A stretch of 64,000 bases of DNA from Hydrurus foetidus (Eukaryota): NCBI GenBank assembly GCA_900617105.1, contig UYFQ01000732.1:124001-188000 (forward strand), in the 5' to 3' direction. Below, piece by piece: positions 1 to 10,282 of the stretch. Every line of letters begins with the position of its first letter. Within the stretch, counting starts at the first letter, position 1. Position numbers and translations under genes: made by a program. Under the pieces are notes generated by a model. The model was not told where the DNA came from. It did not search any database and worked only from the letters and a program-made list of their open reading frames with translations.

Positions 1-521
1 TCCGGTGAGAGCCCTCCGCCCGGCACGATTCCGTGCACATGGGGATGGTGCGTGAGCGCCGAACCCCAAGTGTGCAGCACCAATGTCGCGCCGACCTGCG
101 CACCCAGATGCTTGGGATCGGCTGCGATGGTGATCAGGGTTTCAGCGGCGATCTCGAACAGCAGGCCGTAGACCACAGCCTTGTTGTAGTACGCGATGTC
201 GCTGATGGGTGCCGGCAGTGTGAAGACCACATGGTAGTAATCCACCGGCAAGAGGTCGGCCTGGCGGGCTTCCAACCAGCGCTTGGCAGCATGGGCCTGG
301 CACTTGGGGCAATGCCGGTTGCGGCAGGAGTTGTAGGACACCTGATCGTTCTGGCAGTCCGGACAGCGCAAAACATGGCCCCCCAGCGCCGCCGTGCGGC
401 ACTGTTCGATCGCTGTCATGACCTTGAGCTGACCCAGACTCAGATGAGAGCGCTGCGCAGCCCTATAGGCAGGCCCATGGGCGCGGAAGATGTCCGCCAC
501 CGCCAGGGCACTAGGCCCCAT
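1..521 (-). CDS. IS91-family (HUH/Y2 rolling-circle) transposase, 5' part; runs off the left edge
   Basis: Manual translation from ATG at 521: MGPSALAVADIFRAHGPAYR...CPDC...SCRNRHCPKCQ (IS91 Zn-binding domain)...THHPHVHGIVPGGG (HUH motif). Not in the ORF track because it has no stop in the window. Confidence 0.92.
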   Translation of the reverse strand, partial: MGPSALAVADIFRAHGPAYRAAQRSHLSLGQLKVMTAIEQCRTAALGGHVLRCPDCQNDQVSYNSCRNRHCPKCQAHAAKRWLEARQADLLPVDYYHVVFTLPAPISDIAYYNKAVVYGLLFEIAAETLITIAADPKHLGAQVGATLVLHTWGSALTHHPHVHGIVPGGGLSP

Positions 522-529
522 GGAAGTGC

Positions 530-1405
530 CTACTTCGTTGGCAGTGTTTCCAGCGGGCTGATCACCTCTTTAAGCACCTCGGTGGCCACCTGGGTATAAA
601 GCGCCGTGGTCTCCAGCTTCTTGTGCCCCAGCATTACCTGGATCACGCGGATGTCGACCTTCTGTTCCAACAGATGCGTGGCAAAGCTGTGTCGCAGGGT
701 ATGCATGGACACGCGCTTGTCGATCTTGGCCAGGGTGGCCGCTTCATGAATAGCGCGGTTGAGTTGCTTCGCAGTAAGAGGGTCGATCGGATCACGCCCT
801 GGAAACAGCCAGCCGCCATTGAGCATCTTGCCCTGTGCGCGTGCGACACGCCACCACACGCGCAGACGCTCCAACAAGATCGGCGAGATCATGGCGTACC
901 TGTCCCGTCCGCCTTTGCCTTGTTCCACGCGCAGCGTCATGCGTTGACTGTCGATGTCGCTCACTTTGAGCGAGAGCACTTCACTGACCCGCAGTCCTGT
1001 ACCGTAGGCCACCGCCAGTGCGGTTTGGTGCTTGAGGTTGCCGGCACAAGCAATCAAACGGGCGACCTCTTGCTTGTTCAAGACAACGGGGATCTTGTGG
1101 GGCACACGAACCGATTGCATCTTCGCCAGAACATCGCCATGGCCCAACGTCACATCAAACAGGAACTTCAAGCCGGTGATGGTGGCGTTGAGGGTAATCG
1201 GGGAGGTACCTGCGTCCACCAGGTGCAATTGATAGCGGCGCAAGTCCTCGGCAGTGGCGGTGTCCGGGGAACGCCCCAGATACTGTGCAAATCTGCTGAC
1301 CGCTCGGATATAGGCTTCCCGCGTCTTGGGCGCGAGTTTGCGCATACGCATATCCTCCAGCATGCGTTGACGCAGTGGAGATACCGGTTGGCTTGACGTT
1401 TCCAT
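530..1405 (-). CDS. Tyrosine recombinase (integron-integrase-like/phage integrase family) paired with IS91 transposase
   Basis: Catalytic motifs GLRVSE, QGKGG, HTLRHSFATH, LGH, TALYT; N-terminal SAM-like domain; directly upstream of the Y2 transposase. Confidence 0.93.
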   Translation of the reverse strand: METSSQPVSPLRQRMLEDMRMRKLAPKTREAYIRAVSRFAQYLGRSPDTATAEDLRRYQLHLVDAGTSPITLNATITGLKFLFDVTLGHGDVLAKMQSVRVPHKIPVVLNKQEVARLIACAGNLKHQTALAVAYGTGLRVSEVLSLKVSDIDSQRMTLRVEQGKGGRDRYAMISPILLERLRVWWRVARAQGKMLNGGWLFPGRDPIDPLTAKQLNRAIHEAATLAKIDKRVSMHTLRHSFATHLLEQKVDIRVIQVMLGHKKLETTALYTQVATEVLKEVISPLETLPTK

Positions 1406-1654
1406 GGCTGTGCTCCTGTGTGAATGAGGCCAATTGCCTCAATTCACAACATAGGCACGCGCTAAACCAGATGGGCGCAAACCGCGCTGGCTCGGGGACT
1501 ACCGCGATAGCGGTTTCGTCCAATGGCCCAAAGCAGAAAAAATGCGCGCCGTCATCGCCAGTTCTCAGCTCAAACAATTGAAGCCTAAGGTGTCAGCATC
1601 CGCCAAAAACTGCATTGCTCTCAGGACACAGCATCGGAGACCAATTCAAAAAAG

Positions 1655-2981
1655 GGAGCTTCGTTGAATTCACTGTGATTTTCTAGCCCATCGCCAAGTT
1701 CAACTTGCCACAATGAAACAGAATCCTTGCCCGGTAGTTGGTGAAGTTACGAAACCCACGGGCATTGGCCTTGATGAGTTGGATGGCGCTGTTGAAGCCC
1801 TCCGCACAGGCGTTGCTGATCCTGTGCTGGCTGAAGTTCAGCAATCCCTCCTCGTGGCGCCTGAGCATCTTGACGACCTTTTTGATTGGCTCCAACTTGC
1901 TGCGCATCGCGTTGTTCGACCAGGCTTTGAAGTGGCGTTTGGCAGCACCCTTGTAGCTGTAACTCCAGAACTGGGTGAAGTTCTCCTTGATGCACCAAGC
2001 CCGGCTCGTCTTCAAGTTGAGCTGGTTCAGCGCCCTAAACGAAATGGCCTCAGCACTTCGGCCATCGGGATAACTTTTCAGCCACGCCCATTTGCTACCC
2101 GTCAATGGCGAGGTACCTGCCTGAGTCAACTTGCGGTGCTCCTGCTTCCTGACAGCATCGACTGCCTCACCGAGGTACTTGGAGACATGAAACTTGTCGT
2201 GCACGATGTCCGCCTGTGGCATGCATTGCTTAACTGCACTCATGTACGCCGGCCACATGTCCATGGCCACCGCTTTGACCGATACACGTTGCGCCGGGGT
2301 AAGCGTCTCCAACAAACTCCCCGCCGCCACCAGCTTCCTCTCAGGCACCAAGTCCAGGACGCGCGAGCGATCAATATCGGTCAGGATGCTGGCGTAGGTG
2401 TGGCCCCGCTCGGAGCTCTTCTCATCAATCCCAAGGTACGAGATCTCTTCCTCGGTACGGCGCAGCATGCCACGCTCTACAGCACTGACCATGATGGCGT
2501 TGACCGTACTCCAGGACAGACGGGTAAGCATGCAGACCGCTTGCGTGGTGGGGCAGGCCTCAAGCAGTTTGATCACAAACGCCGCCATCAATGTGGTAAC
2601 CCGGCTGTAGCGCTCGGCCCAAGGTACCGTCAATTCCTCGACCGTGCCGTCGGCGTATTTGAGTTGAGGAACACGTGCCTTGATGAGGGTCTCAAACTGG
2701 CAGGTATCGAGGTGGCGCCACTGGCGCTCGGTCCAGCCATGAACGTGGGCTCTCTTGGTCGCGTCGGTGGGGTCCGCCCAGACCTGACCCTTCTTCAAAA
2801 CCACCTCAACCACCACGCGCTGATCGGCCAAGGAAAGGTCTACTGATCTGACGGACCAAGGAGTCTTGAGTCCAAGAAGATGCTCATACAACGCGGTGTC
2901 TTTCATACTGTTCTTGAAATTCTTGAAAAACTGGATTTTCACGCAGCAAGCAAAAAATCACAGTGAAATTGATGAAGAACC
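1655..2981 (-). mobile_element. ISL3-family insertion sequence
   Basis: Imperfect 28-bp terminal inverted repeats GGAGCTTCGTTGAATTCACTGTGATTTT / GGTTCTTCATCAATTTCACTGTGATTTT; 8-bp target duplication CAAAAAAG at 1647-1654 and 2982-2989. Confidence 0.93.
1683..2906 (-). CDS. ISL3-family transposase
   Basis: GIDEKS, AMDMWPAY, DKFHV and SNACAEGFNSAIQLIKANARGFRN motifs; likely start MKDTALY at 2906. Confidence 0.95.
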   Translation of the reverse strand: MKDTALYEHLLGLKTPWSVRSVDLSLADQRVVVEVVLKKGQVWADPTDATKRAHVHGWTERQWRHLDTCQFETLIKARVPQLKYADGTVEELTVPWAERYSRVTTLMAAFVIKLLEACPTTQAVCMLTRLSWSTVNAIMVSAVERGMLRRTEEEISYLGIDEKSSERGHTYASILTDIDRSRVLDLVPERKLVAAGSLLETLTPAQRVSVKAVAMDMWPAYMSAVKQCMPQADIVHDKFHVSKYLGEAVDAVRKQEHRKLTQAGTSPLTGSKWAWLKSYPDGRSAEAISFRALNQLNLKTSRAWCIKENFTQFWSYSYKGAAKRHFKAWSNNAMRSKLEPIKKVVKMLRRHEEGLLNFSQHRISNACAEGFNSAIQLIKANARGFRNFTNYRARILFHCGKLNLAMG

Positions 2982-3021
2982 CAAAAAAGAATGAGGGCGC
3001 AGTAGTTGGCGAAGCTAGGCA

Positions 3022-3456
3022 TCAAGGCTGGAGGCTGGCAATCAGGTACCGAAGTACCAGCCCCGCTGCGTGGCTGCCGCCGCCAATCTCCAGAAGAGTT
3101 CCTTCTTTGTCGCGCTCCTCCATCTCACCATCGGCATTGAAGGAAAACACCCCCAGATGTTTGAAGGGGTCCACTGAAAATTCGTTCTTCACATAGGCAT
3201 TTACATAGCCCCTGATCGAGCCTTGTGCATCGATGCCAACCGTCAATACAAATTGCACTTCGGGACCATGGCGAAGTCGCGCGCTGAATTGACTTGGCTC
3301 CAAATCCAGCTTGACTTCAATATCGCGAACTTGAAAGTCTTTCCCGGTCAATACCTCGTGCGCACGCACCGCAAATTCTTCAAACTCCCTTGACAGCTTG
3401 TCCATCTTTTCATTTGCACTGACTCCAGTATTGATGAGTGCATCAAGATCTAGCAT
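3022..3456 (-). CDS. Hypothetical protein (144 aa)
   Basis: Clean ORF with RBS-like AAGGAA upstream; lower GC than backbone; no recognised motif. Confidence 0.6.
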   Translation of the reverse strand: MLDLDALINTGVSANEKMDKLSREFEEFAVRAHEVLTGKDFQVRDIEVKLDLEPSQFSARLRHGPEVQFVLTVGIDAQGSIRGYVNAYVKNEFSVDPFKHLGVFSFNADGEMEERDKEGTLLEIGGGSHAAGLVLRYLIASLQP

Positions 3457-3596
3457 GGCGGTTCCTTGTGAAGTTGCAGACTAATCTCACGGTATCACAC
3501 TGACCTGCTGAACCAATAACCCAGCCAGCGCTGGCTGGATTTGATCGACGCCAAGCCCTGACTGCGCCGCAGGTGCGCTCGTAGAATGGCAGGCCG

Positions 3597-5012
3597 ATGA
3601 ATGCAGCCACACCCCCAACCTCTCCCAACCGCGCAGCCCGCACCCGCGCCGAACTTTTCGCCCTATGGCAGCTGGCCTGGCCCATCCTGATCGGGCAGCT
3701 GGCCAACGTGGGCATGTCGGTGGTGGACGTAGCCATGGCCGGCCACGCCTCGGCGCACGACCTGGCCGGCATCTCGCTGGGTGTCTCCATCTGGAACATC
3801 ACCATCATCACCCTCATGGGGCTGATGATGTCGGTCGCGCCCATGGTGGCCCACCACGTGGGCGCCAAAGAGTTTGACAAGGTACCCCACCTGGTGCGCC
3901 AGGGCCTGTGGAAGGCCCTGGGCGTGGGCCTGTGCGCCATGGTGCTGGTCAACGTGGCGGCGCTGGTGTTTGACCACATGGACATCGAACCCCATGTGCG
4001 TGAGGTGGCCAGCGGCTTTGTCTTCATCATCAGCTTTGGCCTGCCGGCCTTCACCTGCTACCGCGTGCTGTATGGCTACAGCGCCAGCCTGAACCAGACC
4101 AAGCCCATCATGGTCATGTCGCTGGCGGCGCTGGGGCTGAATGTGCTGGTGAACTGGCTGCTGGTGTTTGGCGTGGGTCCGTTTCCCCGCCTGGGCGGGC
4201 TAGGCTGCGCCTGGGCCACGCTGCTGTGCGTGTGGCTCAACTTTCTGGGCCTGCTGGTGTGGATGCGTTTTGCACCAGCCTACCGCAGCTCCTGGCCATT
4301 CGGCCAATGGGAATGGCCGCACCCCGCCAAACTGCGCGCGCTGTGGCGGCTGGGTTTTCCCATCGGCGTGACTTACTTTGCCGAGACCAGTGCGTTCGGC
4401 CTCATTGCGCTGCTGATTGCCGGGTTTGGCAGCCGCGAGGTGGCCTCGCACCAGATTGCGCTGAACTTCACCTCGTTGGTTTTCATGGTGCCGCTGAGCC
4501 TGGGCATTGCCCTGCTCACGCGCGTGGGCCAGTCGCTGGGCGCGGGCGACCCGGAGGCCGCGCGCTTTCGCGCCTGGGTGGGCGTGAACGCGGGCTTGGG
4601 CTTTGGCGTGGTGTCGGCTATCGGCATCGCGCTGTTTGCGCACCAGATTGCCGGGGCCTATACGAATGACGCTGCAGTGGCCGCGCTGGCTGCCCACCTG
4701 CTGTTCTTCGCCGCGGTGTTCCAACTCTCTGACTCTGCCCAGGTGGTGACGAGCTGCGCCATTCGCGGCTACAAGGTCACGCGCAGCCCCATGGTGATTC
4801 ACCTGACCGCGTTCTGGGGCTTCTCGTTGCCGCTGGGATGCGTACTGGGCCTGGCGCCACAGTGGCTCCCCTGGCACCCGACCCAGGCCATGGGTGCGCA
4901 AGGCTTCTGGATCGCATTGGTGGTGGGCCTGACCGTGGCCGCTGTGGGCCTGGTAGTTCTGCTGCGCAAGGTGGCGCTGGACCATCTACCTGTGCGGGCC
5001 CAAGGCACATGA
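3597..5012 (+). CDS. MATE-family efflux transporter (NorM-like)
   Basis: About 12 TM helices, [29 protein letters not shown] motifs. Confidence 0.92.
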   Translation: MNAATPPTSPNRAARTRAELFALWQLAWPILIGQLANVGMSVVDVAMAGHASAHDLAGISLGVSIWNITIITLMGLMMSVAPMVAHHVGAKEFDKVPHLVRQGLWKALGVGLCAMVLVNVAALVFDHMDIEPHVREVASGFVFIISFGLPAFTCYRVLYGYSASLNQTKPIMVMSLAALGLNVLVNWLLVFGVGPFPRLGGLGCAWATLLCVWLNFLGLLVWMRFAPAYRSSWPFGQWEWPHPAKLRALWRLGFPIGVTYFAETSAFGLIALLIAGFGSREVASHQIALNFTSLVFMVPLSLGIALLTRVGQSLGAGDPEAARFRAWVGVNAGLGFGVVSAIGIALFAHQIAGAYTNDAAVAALAAHLLFFAAVFQLSDSAQVVTSCAIRGYKVTRSPMVIHLTAFWGFSLPLGCVLGLAPQWLPWHPTQAMGAQGFWIALVVGLTVAAVGLVVLLRKVALDHLPVRAQGT

Positions 5013-5983
5013 GCACGCCCCTGCCGTTTCACATCTGCCTGGCCGGCCCCACGGCCGCGGGCAAAACCGCGGCGGCACTCGCCATTGCCGAAAAGCACCC
5101 CTGCGAGATCATCAGCGTGGACTCGGCGCTGGTGTTCCGCAGCATGGACGTTGGCACGGCCAAGCCCAGTGCGGCCGAACTGGCCGCCGTGCCGCACCAC
5201 CTGATCGACATCCGCGACCCGCTGAACGCCTACAGCGCCGCCGAATTTGTGCGCGACGCCGAACGGCTGATCGTGGACATCGCTGCACGCGGCAAGCTGC
5301 CGCTGCTGGTGGGCGGCACCATGCTGTACTTCAAGGCCTTGTTCGACGGGCTGGACGACATGCCGGCCGCCAACCCCGAGGTGCGCGCCGCGCTGGACGC
5401 CGAAGCCACAGCCAAAGGCTGGCCCGCCATGCACGCCGAACTGGCCCAGGTGGACCCCATCACCGCCGCGCGTCTGGCCCCGGCAGACAGCCAGCGCATC
5501 CAGCGCGCGCTGGAGGTGTTCCGCATCTCTGGTCTGCCGCTATCGCACTTTCACGCGGCCAGCTCTGCTATCAAAACAGAAGCTGCTGGCGCAGACTCCA
5601 CGCGGGCTAGAGCCCTAATTTCCTTAGAACCGGCGGACCGTGCCTGGTTGCACGGCCGCATCGCCCAGCGCTTTGACGCCATGCTGGCGCAGGGCTTTCT
5701 GGACGAGGTGCAAGCCCTTCGCGCGCGCGGCGACCTGCACCCTGACCTGCCCAGCATGCGCTGCGTGGGCTACCGCCAGGCCTGGGAGGCCATGGACGGC
5801 CTGTGGCCCATGGCCGAGCTGCGCGACAAGGGCGTCTTCGCCACGCGCCAGCTGGCCAAGCGGCAGATCACCTGGCTGCGCTCCATGCCGCAGCGGCAAG
5901 TAGTCGCCGCTGACGCGCCCGATGCGCTGGCGCAGGTGCTGGCGCTGGTCCACACCGCGCTCGACCAGCAGACCACCCCATGA
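5009..5983 (+). CDS. miaA: tRNA dimethylallyltransferase
   Basis: [40 protein letters not shown]; start ATG 5009 overlaps the MATE stop. Confidence 0.97.
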   Translation: MSTPLPFHICLAGPTAAGKTAAALAIAEKHPCEIISVDSALVFRSMDVGTAKPSAAELAAVPHHLIDIRDPLNAYSAAEFVRDAERLIVDIAARGKLPLLVGGTMLYFKALFDGLDDMPAANPEVRAALDAEATAKGWPAMHAELAQVDPITAARLAPADSQRIQRALEVFRISGLPLSHFHAASSAIKTEAAGADSTRARALISLEPADRAWLHGRIAQRFDAMLAQGFLDEVQALRARGDLHPDLPSMRCVGYRQAWEAMDGLWPMAELRDKGVFATRQLAKRQITWLRSMPQRQVVAADAPDALAQVLALVHTALDQQTTP

Positions 5984-6444
5984 CACTGCGCGTGCAGAAC
6001 CTGAGCAAGCACTACGGCAGCACGCCCGTGTTTGCCAACGTGTCGCTGGACGTGGCGCCGGGCGAGTTTGTGGCCATCGTCGGCGAGTCGGGTGTGGGCA
6101 AGTCCACGCTGCTGAACTGCATGGCCGGGCTGGACCACTGGGACAGCGGCAGCGTGCAGCTGGCCGGGCACGACCTGGCCACGTTGAGCGACGATGGCCG
6201 CGCCCTGCTGCGCCGCGAGGCTGTGGGCTTTGTGTTCCAGGCCTTCCATGTGCTGCCGCACCTGGATGTGGCGCAAAACGTGGCGCTGCCGTTGCTATTG
6301 CTGAACCGGCCAGACCCGGCCCGCGTCGAAGCCTTGCTGGAAGCCGTGGGCCTGGGCGGCCTGGGCGCACGCCTGCCGCAGCAGCTCAGCGGCGGACAGC
6401 TACAGCGCGTGGCCATTGCGCGTGCGCTGGCGCACCAGCCCGCC

Positions 6445-6476
<32 letters not shown>

Positions 6477-6645
6477 GGACCCGACCACTGCCGCCAAGGT
6501 GATGGACGCCCTGGTGGCCCAGACCCGCCAGCACGGCACGGCGCTGGTGCTGGTCACCCATTCGCTGGCCGCCACCGCAAAGGCCGACCGGGTGTTGCAC
6601 CTGCGCGCTGATGGCATAGCGCCACAAACACCGGCCCCCCCCTGA
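5980..6645 (+). CDS. ABC transporter ATP-binding protein (LolD/YbbA-like)
   Basis: Walker [25 protein letters not shown]. Confidence 0.93.
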
Positions 6646-6699
6646 ACGTGCCCATGTCGGCCACCGGGCCAAGCGTGATGGTTGCCGACAGCGCGGCAA

Positions 6700-7112
6700 C
6701 CGTGCCTACGAGCTGCTGAAACGCAAAGACACCCGTGTGGTGCTGGTGCGCGGCGCTGTCCAAACAAAACCGCCTGCTGCTGGAGTCCGACCCGATTGCC
6801 GTAGCCCGCGTGCTCAAGGCCAACCCCGGTGACGTGGCCATCATGGCACCCGTCATCTTCATCGGCGCCATCCAGGATGACCCGCGTGTGAATGACCTGA
6901 TCGACCGTCTGCGCGTGGAGCCTCTGAACGAACTACCCTGGGGTGATAGCGGTGTCTACCTGTCCAGGGCCTCCCTCAACAAAGAAGATACTGTCACGCT
7001 GTTGGCCATGATGAACCGCGCAGCGCAATCGGGCGTAGTGTGGAAAGGGTTTCAAACCTACTACCCGGCCAGCGTGCTCAAAGAGAGCATCAAGCCGCGC
7101 GACGCCAAATAA
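6700..7112 (+). pseudogene. Degraded C-terminal remnant of a periplasmic substrate-binding-like protein
   Basis: 3' part reads as plausible protein (NRLLLESDP...ELPWGDSGVYLSR). An out-of-frame upstream piece ELLKRKDTRVVLVRG suggests an internal deletion; no proper start or signal peptide. Confidence 0.5.
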
Positions 7113-7137
7113 AAACGGCCCTTGCAAGGGCCGTTTT
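7112..7137. terminator. Bidirectional rho-independent terminator
   Basis: Perfect palindrome AAAACGGCCCTTGCAAGGGCCGTTTT between convergent genes. Confidence 0.85.
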
Positions 7138-7170
7138 CTTATCTGCGCCAGAAGAACTGGCCCTAGGCAA

Positions 7171-7926
7171 TCAAGCCCGCTTTTTGCGGCGTGCCACTAC
7201 ACCAATGGCGGCCAGACCGGCCAGCATCAGGGCAAAGGTTTCGGGCTCGGGGACTGCGCTTACGCTGATCAGGGTGTAGTCAGATTGGTTGGTGCCAGCA
7301 CCGCCCGCAGAGCCTTTTACACCCGTTGCAGCGCCGAAGGCAATGGACTTGACCAATGTATTGCCGAAAGGATTGCTGACCATCCAGGCGCCACCCTTAC
7401 CATCGGAAGCGGGGCTGAGGTTCAACACCGTGCCATTGCTGCCCGACCAAATGGCCGTGTTGATGCCGGTAGCAGTCAGGGTGAACAACGCCACCGAATT
7501 GTTGGCAAACTTCACACTGATCTTGGCGACTTCGTTCACATCGCTGTACTCAGGGCCGTCAAACAACAGACCCAGCGTGAAGCTGGTGACCTTGATGCCG
7601 CTAGAAAAGCTGCCCACGATGGACTCGCCAATATCAATCTCGCCGGGGGTGCGCTCGCTGCCGGTGAACGGCGAAACGCCGACGCCCTGGTAGCCGCCTT
7701 GGCCGGCCTTGGTGCTGAACTTGGCTGCCGATGCGCCCACCAGCGCACTGAAATCGGCAGTCACGCCGCCCAGAAAGGTGGTGCTGTAGCTGCTACCGGA
7801 ACCAAAATTCACGCCGTAAAGCGTGGTGTTGGTGTTGGCCGGGTTGGAAGCCGCTGCGCCAAAGCTCAGGCCAGCGGCCAGGAGGGCCAGGGCAGTCGAT
7901 CTGAAAAAAGAAATAGTCATGGTCAC
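7171..7926 (-). CDS. PEP-CTERM sorting-domain surface protein
   Basis: N-terminal signal peptide; C-terminal VPEPETFALMLAGLAAIGVVARRKKRA. Confidence 0.93.
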   Translation of the reverse strand: MTMTISFFRSTALALLAAGLSFGAAASNPANTNTTLYGVNFGSGSSYSTTFLGGVTADFSALVGASAAKFSTKAGQGGYQGVGVSPFTGSERTPGEIDIGESIVGSFSSGIKVTSFTLGLLFDGPEYSDVNEVAKISVKFANNSVALFTLTATGINTAIWSGSNGTVLNLSPASDGKGGAWMVSNPFGNTLVKSIAFGAATGVKGSAGGAGTNQSDYTLISVSAVPEPETFALMLAGLAAIGVVARRKKRA

Positions 7927-8012
7927 TACAAGGTGTGTTGATTGTTACAAGAGGTTACACAAATACAAGGTTTTTGGCGATAGCCCAATCGGACTACCCA
8001 ACCAGCCCGAAA

Positions 8013-8681
8013 TCACCACTGGGGTGCCAGCGCCCCGTCCACCAGCCGGTAACCCCGCGTGCCCATGGCACGGGCCTCGGTCTCGTCGTGCGTCACCAGG
8101 ATGGTGGCAATCTGGAATTCGGCAATGCGCTGCGCAAACTCTTGGCGCAGTTGCAGGCGCAACTCCGCGTCCAGCGCGGAAAACGGCTCGTCCAGCAGCA
8201 ACACGCGCGGCTGGGTGATGAGCGCACGCGCCAGCGCCACGCGCTGCTGCTCGCCGCCCGACAGCTGCCAGACCTTGGACTTCGCGTAAATCTCCAGGCC
8301 AAAGCGCTCCAGCATGGCGCACGCCAGTTCGCGCGCTGCCGCCTTGCGCTGGCCCTGCTCCACCAGGCCAAAGGCCACGTTGTCCTGCACGCTCAGGTGG
8401 GGGAACAACGCAAAGTCCTGGAACATAAGGGCGAAGCCGCGCCGCTCTGGCGGCGTGTGCGTGATGTCTTGGCCCGCAAACAGGACGCGCCCGCTCTCGG
8501 GCGGTTCCAGCCCGGCCACGATCTTCAGCAGCGTACTCTTGCCGCTGCCAGAGGGGCCCAGCAGCGCCGCCGTCTCGCCAGGGCGCACCTGCAACTGCAA
8601 GTCCTGCAGCAACGGACGTGGCGCCGCATGCCGCGGGGCGTAGGGCTGCCAGTGTTTGCAGATGGCCTGCAGTTCAAGCAT
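8013..8681 (-). CDS. thiQ: ABC transporter ATP-binding protein, thiamine uptake (ThiQ-like)
   Basis: GPSGSGKS, LSGGEQQR, LLLDEPFS; last gene of the TPP-riboswitch operon. Confidence 0.8.
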   Translation of the reverse strand: MLELQAICKHWQPYAPRHAAPRPLLQDLQLQVRPGETAALLGPSGSGKSTLLKIVAGLEPPESGRVLFAGQDITHTPPERRGFALMFQDFALFPHLSVQDNVAFGLVEQGQRKAAARELACAMLERFGLEIYAKSKVWQLSGGEQQRVALARALITQPRVLLLDEPFSALDAELRLQLRQEFAQRIAEFQIATILVTHDETEARAMGTRGYRLVDGALAPQW

Positions 8682-10272
8682 GGTCACGGTCCTCAGAGGG
8701 CTTGGTTTCAATCAGCACAAAGGCCAGCAGCGCCAGCCCCATGAGCACACAGGCCAGCACCAGTGCGGCACTGCGGTTGGCTGCACCGGGGCGGCCCAGG
8801 TGCTGGTAAATCAGGGTGGTGAGTGTGGCCCATTCGGGGCGCGACAAAAACAGCGTCACCGCAAACTCGCCCACGGCCGTGGCCGCGGCAAACGCCATGC
8901 CGCGGCGCAACGCGGGCGCCAGCAGCGGCAACGTGACGCGCACAAACGCGCGCCAAGGGCTGGCACCCAGGCTGCGCGCCGCATCCATGTAGTGCTCGGG
9001 CAGGCTGTCCAGCGCCGAGGCGATGGACTTGGCCACAAATGGGTACGCCAGCAAGGCATAGGCCGCCACCAGCAGGCTGAAGCTGCCCGTCCACGCCGGG
9101 TACAACAGCAAGAGGCCAAACGCCACCATCACCGGCGACACCATAAAGGGCAAAAACACCAGCGCCCGCAGCCACAGCACGCGCCGCGCCGCCAGCGCGT
9201 GCGCCAGGCCCAGCGCGGTGGCCAGCAACAGGGACAGTGCGGTGAAGCGCGCTGTGTTCCAAAGCGCGGCCAAGGTGTCCTCTTCCAGCAAAACGGCCCA
9301 GGCATCCGCTCCTGAATTCATAGCGCCTTGCGCAATGGCGACGAGGGGTAGCGCACAAATTAGCATATAAACCGCGACCATCGCCAATACGGCGGCCCAT
9401 TGCGCTGCGCCCTGTGGCCGCACACGCGGCACGCGGTCGGCACGGCCAGGCGCAGCCAGGCGGCGTTCGATGGCGGCGTAGGCCAGTGCCACCAGCGCGG
9501 TCAGCAGCAGCATCCACACCGCCAACACGCCCGCCTGCTGCAGCTGCAGCTCGTGCGCCACCAGGGTGTAAATCTCGACCTCGGCCGTGGCGTAGTCCTG
9601 CCCGCCCAGCACCAGCGCCAGGCCAAAGCCCGCAAAGCAGTAGAGAAAGACCAGGCACAGCGCCGACGCCAGCCACGGCGCAATGGCCGGCCATTCCACA
9701 CGCCAGAAGGCGCGCCAGGGCGTGGCACCCAGCGTGCGCGCCGCCGCCACGCGCGAGGCACTCACCTGGCCCAGCGCGTCCGCACCCGCGCGCACCACCA
9801 CACAGAGGTTAAAAAACAGATTGCCGTAAAGCAGCAGCCATGGCGTGCCCTGCAAATCCGGCCCGCCCAACTGCACCAGCAAGCCCTGCGGCCCCAATAA
9901 CGCCAGCACGCCCATGGCCGCCACCAGCGTGGGCACGACAAAGGGCAGCATCAGCCCGCGCAGGATCAGTGTGCGGCCCGGAAAGTCAAACCGCGCCAGC
10001 ACCCAGGCCATGGGCAAACCGAGGGTGAGGGAGGCGATGCAGGTGATGGTGGCCTGCCAGAACGACCAGGCCATGCGCCAGCGCAGATACGGGTCCAGCC
10101 AGGGCGCGAACAAGGAAGAGGCTTCACCTGCGTCACCCGCGTCACCGCGCCATCCCTCCACCAGCAGGCGCAGCGCAGGCGCCACCAGTACCACCAGCAA
10201 AAACACCAGTGGCAGCAACGGCAGCACCCAGCCCGCCCAGGGCTGCGCCGGGTTGCGATGGCGCATGGTCAA
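8674..10272 (-). CDS. thiP: ABC transporter permease, thiamine (ThiP-like)
   Basis: Two EAA-type loops (AAARTLGA, DAARSLGA); operon context. Confidence 0.85.
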   Translation of the reverse strand: MTMRHRNPAQPWAGWVLPLLPLVFLLVVLVAPALRLLVEGWRGDAGDAGEASSLFAPWLDPYLRWRMAWSFWQATITCIASLTLGLPMAWVLARFDFPGRTLILRGLMLPFVVPTLVAAMGVLALLGPQGLLVQLGGPDLQGTPWLLLYGNLFFNLCVVVRAGADALGQVSASRVAAARTLGATPWRAFWRVEWPAIAPWLASALCLVFLYCFAGFGLALVLGGQDYATAEVEIYTLVAHELQLQQAGVLAVWMLLLTALVALAYAAIERRLAAPGRADRVPRVRPQGAAQWAAVLAMVAVYMLICALPLVAIAQGAMNSGADAWAVLLEEDTLAALWNTARFTALSLLLATALGLAHALAARRVLWLRALVFLPFMVSPVMVAFGLLLLYPAWTGSFSLLVAAYALLAYPFVAKSIASALDSLPEHYMDAARSLGASPWRAFVRVTLPLLAPALRRGMAFAAATAVGEFAVTLFLSRPEWATLTTLIYQHLGRPGAANRSAALVLACVLMGLALLAFVLIETKPSEDRDHA

Positions 10273-10282
10273 GCCTGGCGAT

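Larger units (their letters stand above)
1..1523 (-). mobile_element. Tyrosine-recombinase + IS91/Y2 element, copy A (partial; 3' end outside window)
   Basis: Two-gene module; 5' terminus A|TTGGACGAAACCGCTATCGCGGT at 1523 matches the terminus of the element at 55403. Confidence 0.8.

Noticed and set aside
33..1396. Plus-strand ORFs 33-599 and 623-1396
   Set aside because: Antisense shadows of the Y2 transposase and recombinase.
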